Shown here one piece after another: positions 63,275 to 64,000 of a stretch of 64,000 nucleotides of DNA. The translations under genes and the position numbers were made by a program. Below the pieces are notes generated by a model. It ran no database searches. It worked only from the letters and a program-made list of their open reading frames with translations, and was not told the DNA's origin. Position 1 is the first letter of the stretch. Every line of letters starts with the position of its first letter. Source of the DNA: Sphaerodactylus townsendi (Eukaryota); the NCBI RefSeq assembly GCF_021028975.2, contig NC_059428.1, positions 40,920,001 through 40,984,000 on the forward strand, read 5' to 3'.

Positions 63275-63732
63275 AAGTTAATTCATGTCATAGTATTTCC
63301 TATTATTATGTATAGATGTGAAAGTTTGGACAATGAGGAAAGCTGACAGGAAGAACACTGATTCATGTGAAATGTGGTGCTGGAGACAAGTGTTATGGAT
63401 ATGGTGAACTACCAAAAAATCAAACAAGTGAGTTCTATCTAGATCAAATCAAGCCTGAAATGTCACTACAAGCAAAGATGACTAAACTGAGGCTGTCATA
63501 TGCTGGTCACATAATGAGAAGAGCCACTAGAAAAGACAATAATGCTTGGAAAAATTGAGGGCAACAGGAAAAAGAGGGAGACCAACATGAGATAGATTGT
63601 CTTTAGAAAGGAAGCCACGGCCCTCAGTTTGCAAGACCCAAGCAAGTCAATTAATGATAGGACGTTTTGGAAAACATTAATTCATAGGGTTGCCTTAAGT
63701 AGGAAGCTTCTTGACAACACTTAACACACACA
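63275..63732 (+). mobile_element. RTE-BovB LINE 3' end
   Basis: VFPIIMY.C.., EMWCWR, LDQIKPEMSLQAKMTKLRLSYAGHIMRR; (AC)n tail. Confidence 0.88.
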
Positions 63733-64000
63733 GGATGCCCTGAAGCACTGGGTTTTCGGAGAGGATGTCTTTAGTGGAAAAATATCAGAAAAAGGGAATG
63801 TGTAATAATCTCCCTCACCACTTTTCTGTGGCATCTTCCTCCCCACTTGGTGCCTTTTCTCTCACAGTGTTGCTGATGAGGACAGCATTTGCATGTTTGC
63901 CACTTGTATCTGAAACCCCACAGGGCAATTGGAGCTGCAGAAATTCAAATCAAATTCAAGGGCTCCCCCCTTGAATGCCAGCTTTGAGTTGGGAAATTCC

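Overview
Eukaryotic, AT-rich, repeat-dense genomic DNA. The repeat complement (Sauria SINE, 5S-derived Sauria-type SINE, Squam3-like CORE SINEs with CTT tails, BovB, CR1, L2, Penelope) points to a squamate reptile, most likely a gecko (inference). I cannot recognise any intact host protein-coding gene. The ORFs I could assign are retroelement fragments (RT 31.1-32.9 kb, L1-clade CCHC 54.0-54.7 kb, CR1 9.5-9.7 kb, BovB 63.3-63.7 kb); the rest look spurious. Main structures: (1) about 14 non-autonomous PIF/Harbinger-type elements with related GG-N(4-5)-TTCCGCAC-like termini and 3-bp TSDs, twice arranged as back-to-back doublets sharing a single 3-bp spacer; (2) hAT elements with exact 8-bp TSDs and strong internal hairpins; (3) a three-level nested transposon at 39.1-40.4 kb; (4) two independent solo LTRs of one family; (5) a tentative chain of minus-strand, mostly non-coding exons or alternative first exons (58.1, 53.5, 42.8, 41.8, 40.9 kb) of an unidentified gene, three of them bracketed by a near-identical inverted SINE pair. 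Coordinates of old repeats are approximate. No database searches were run.
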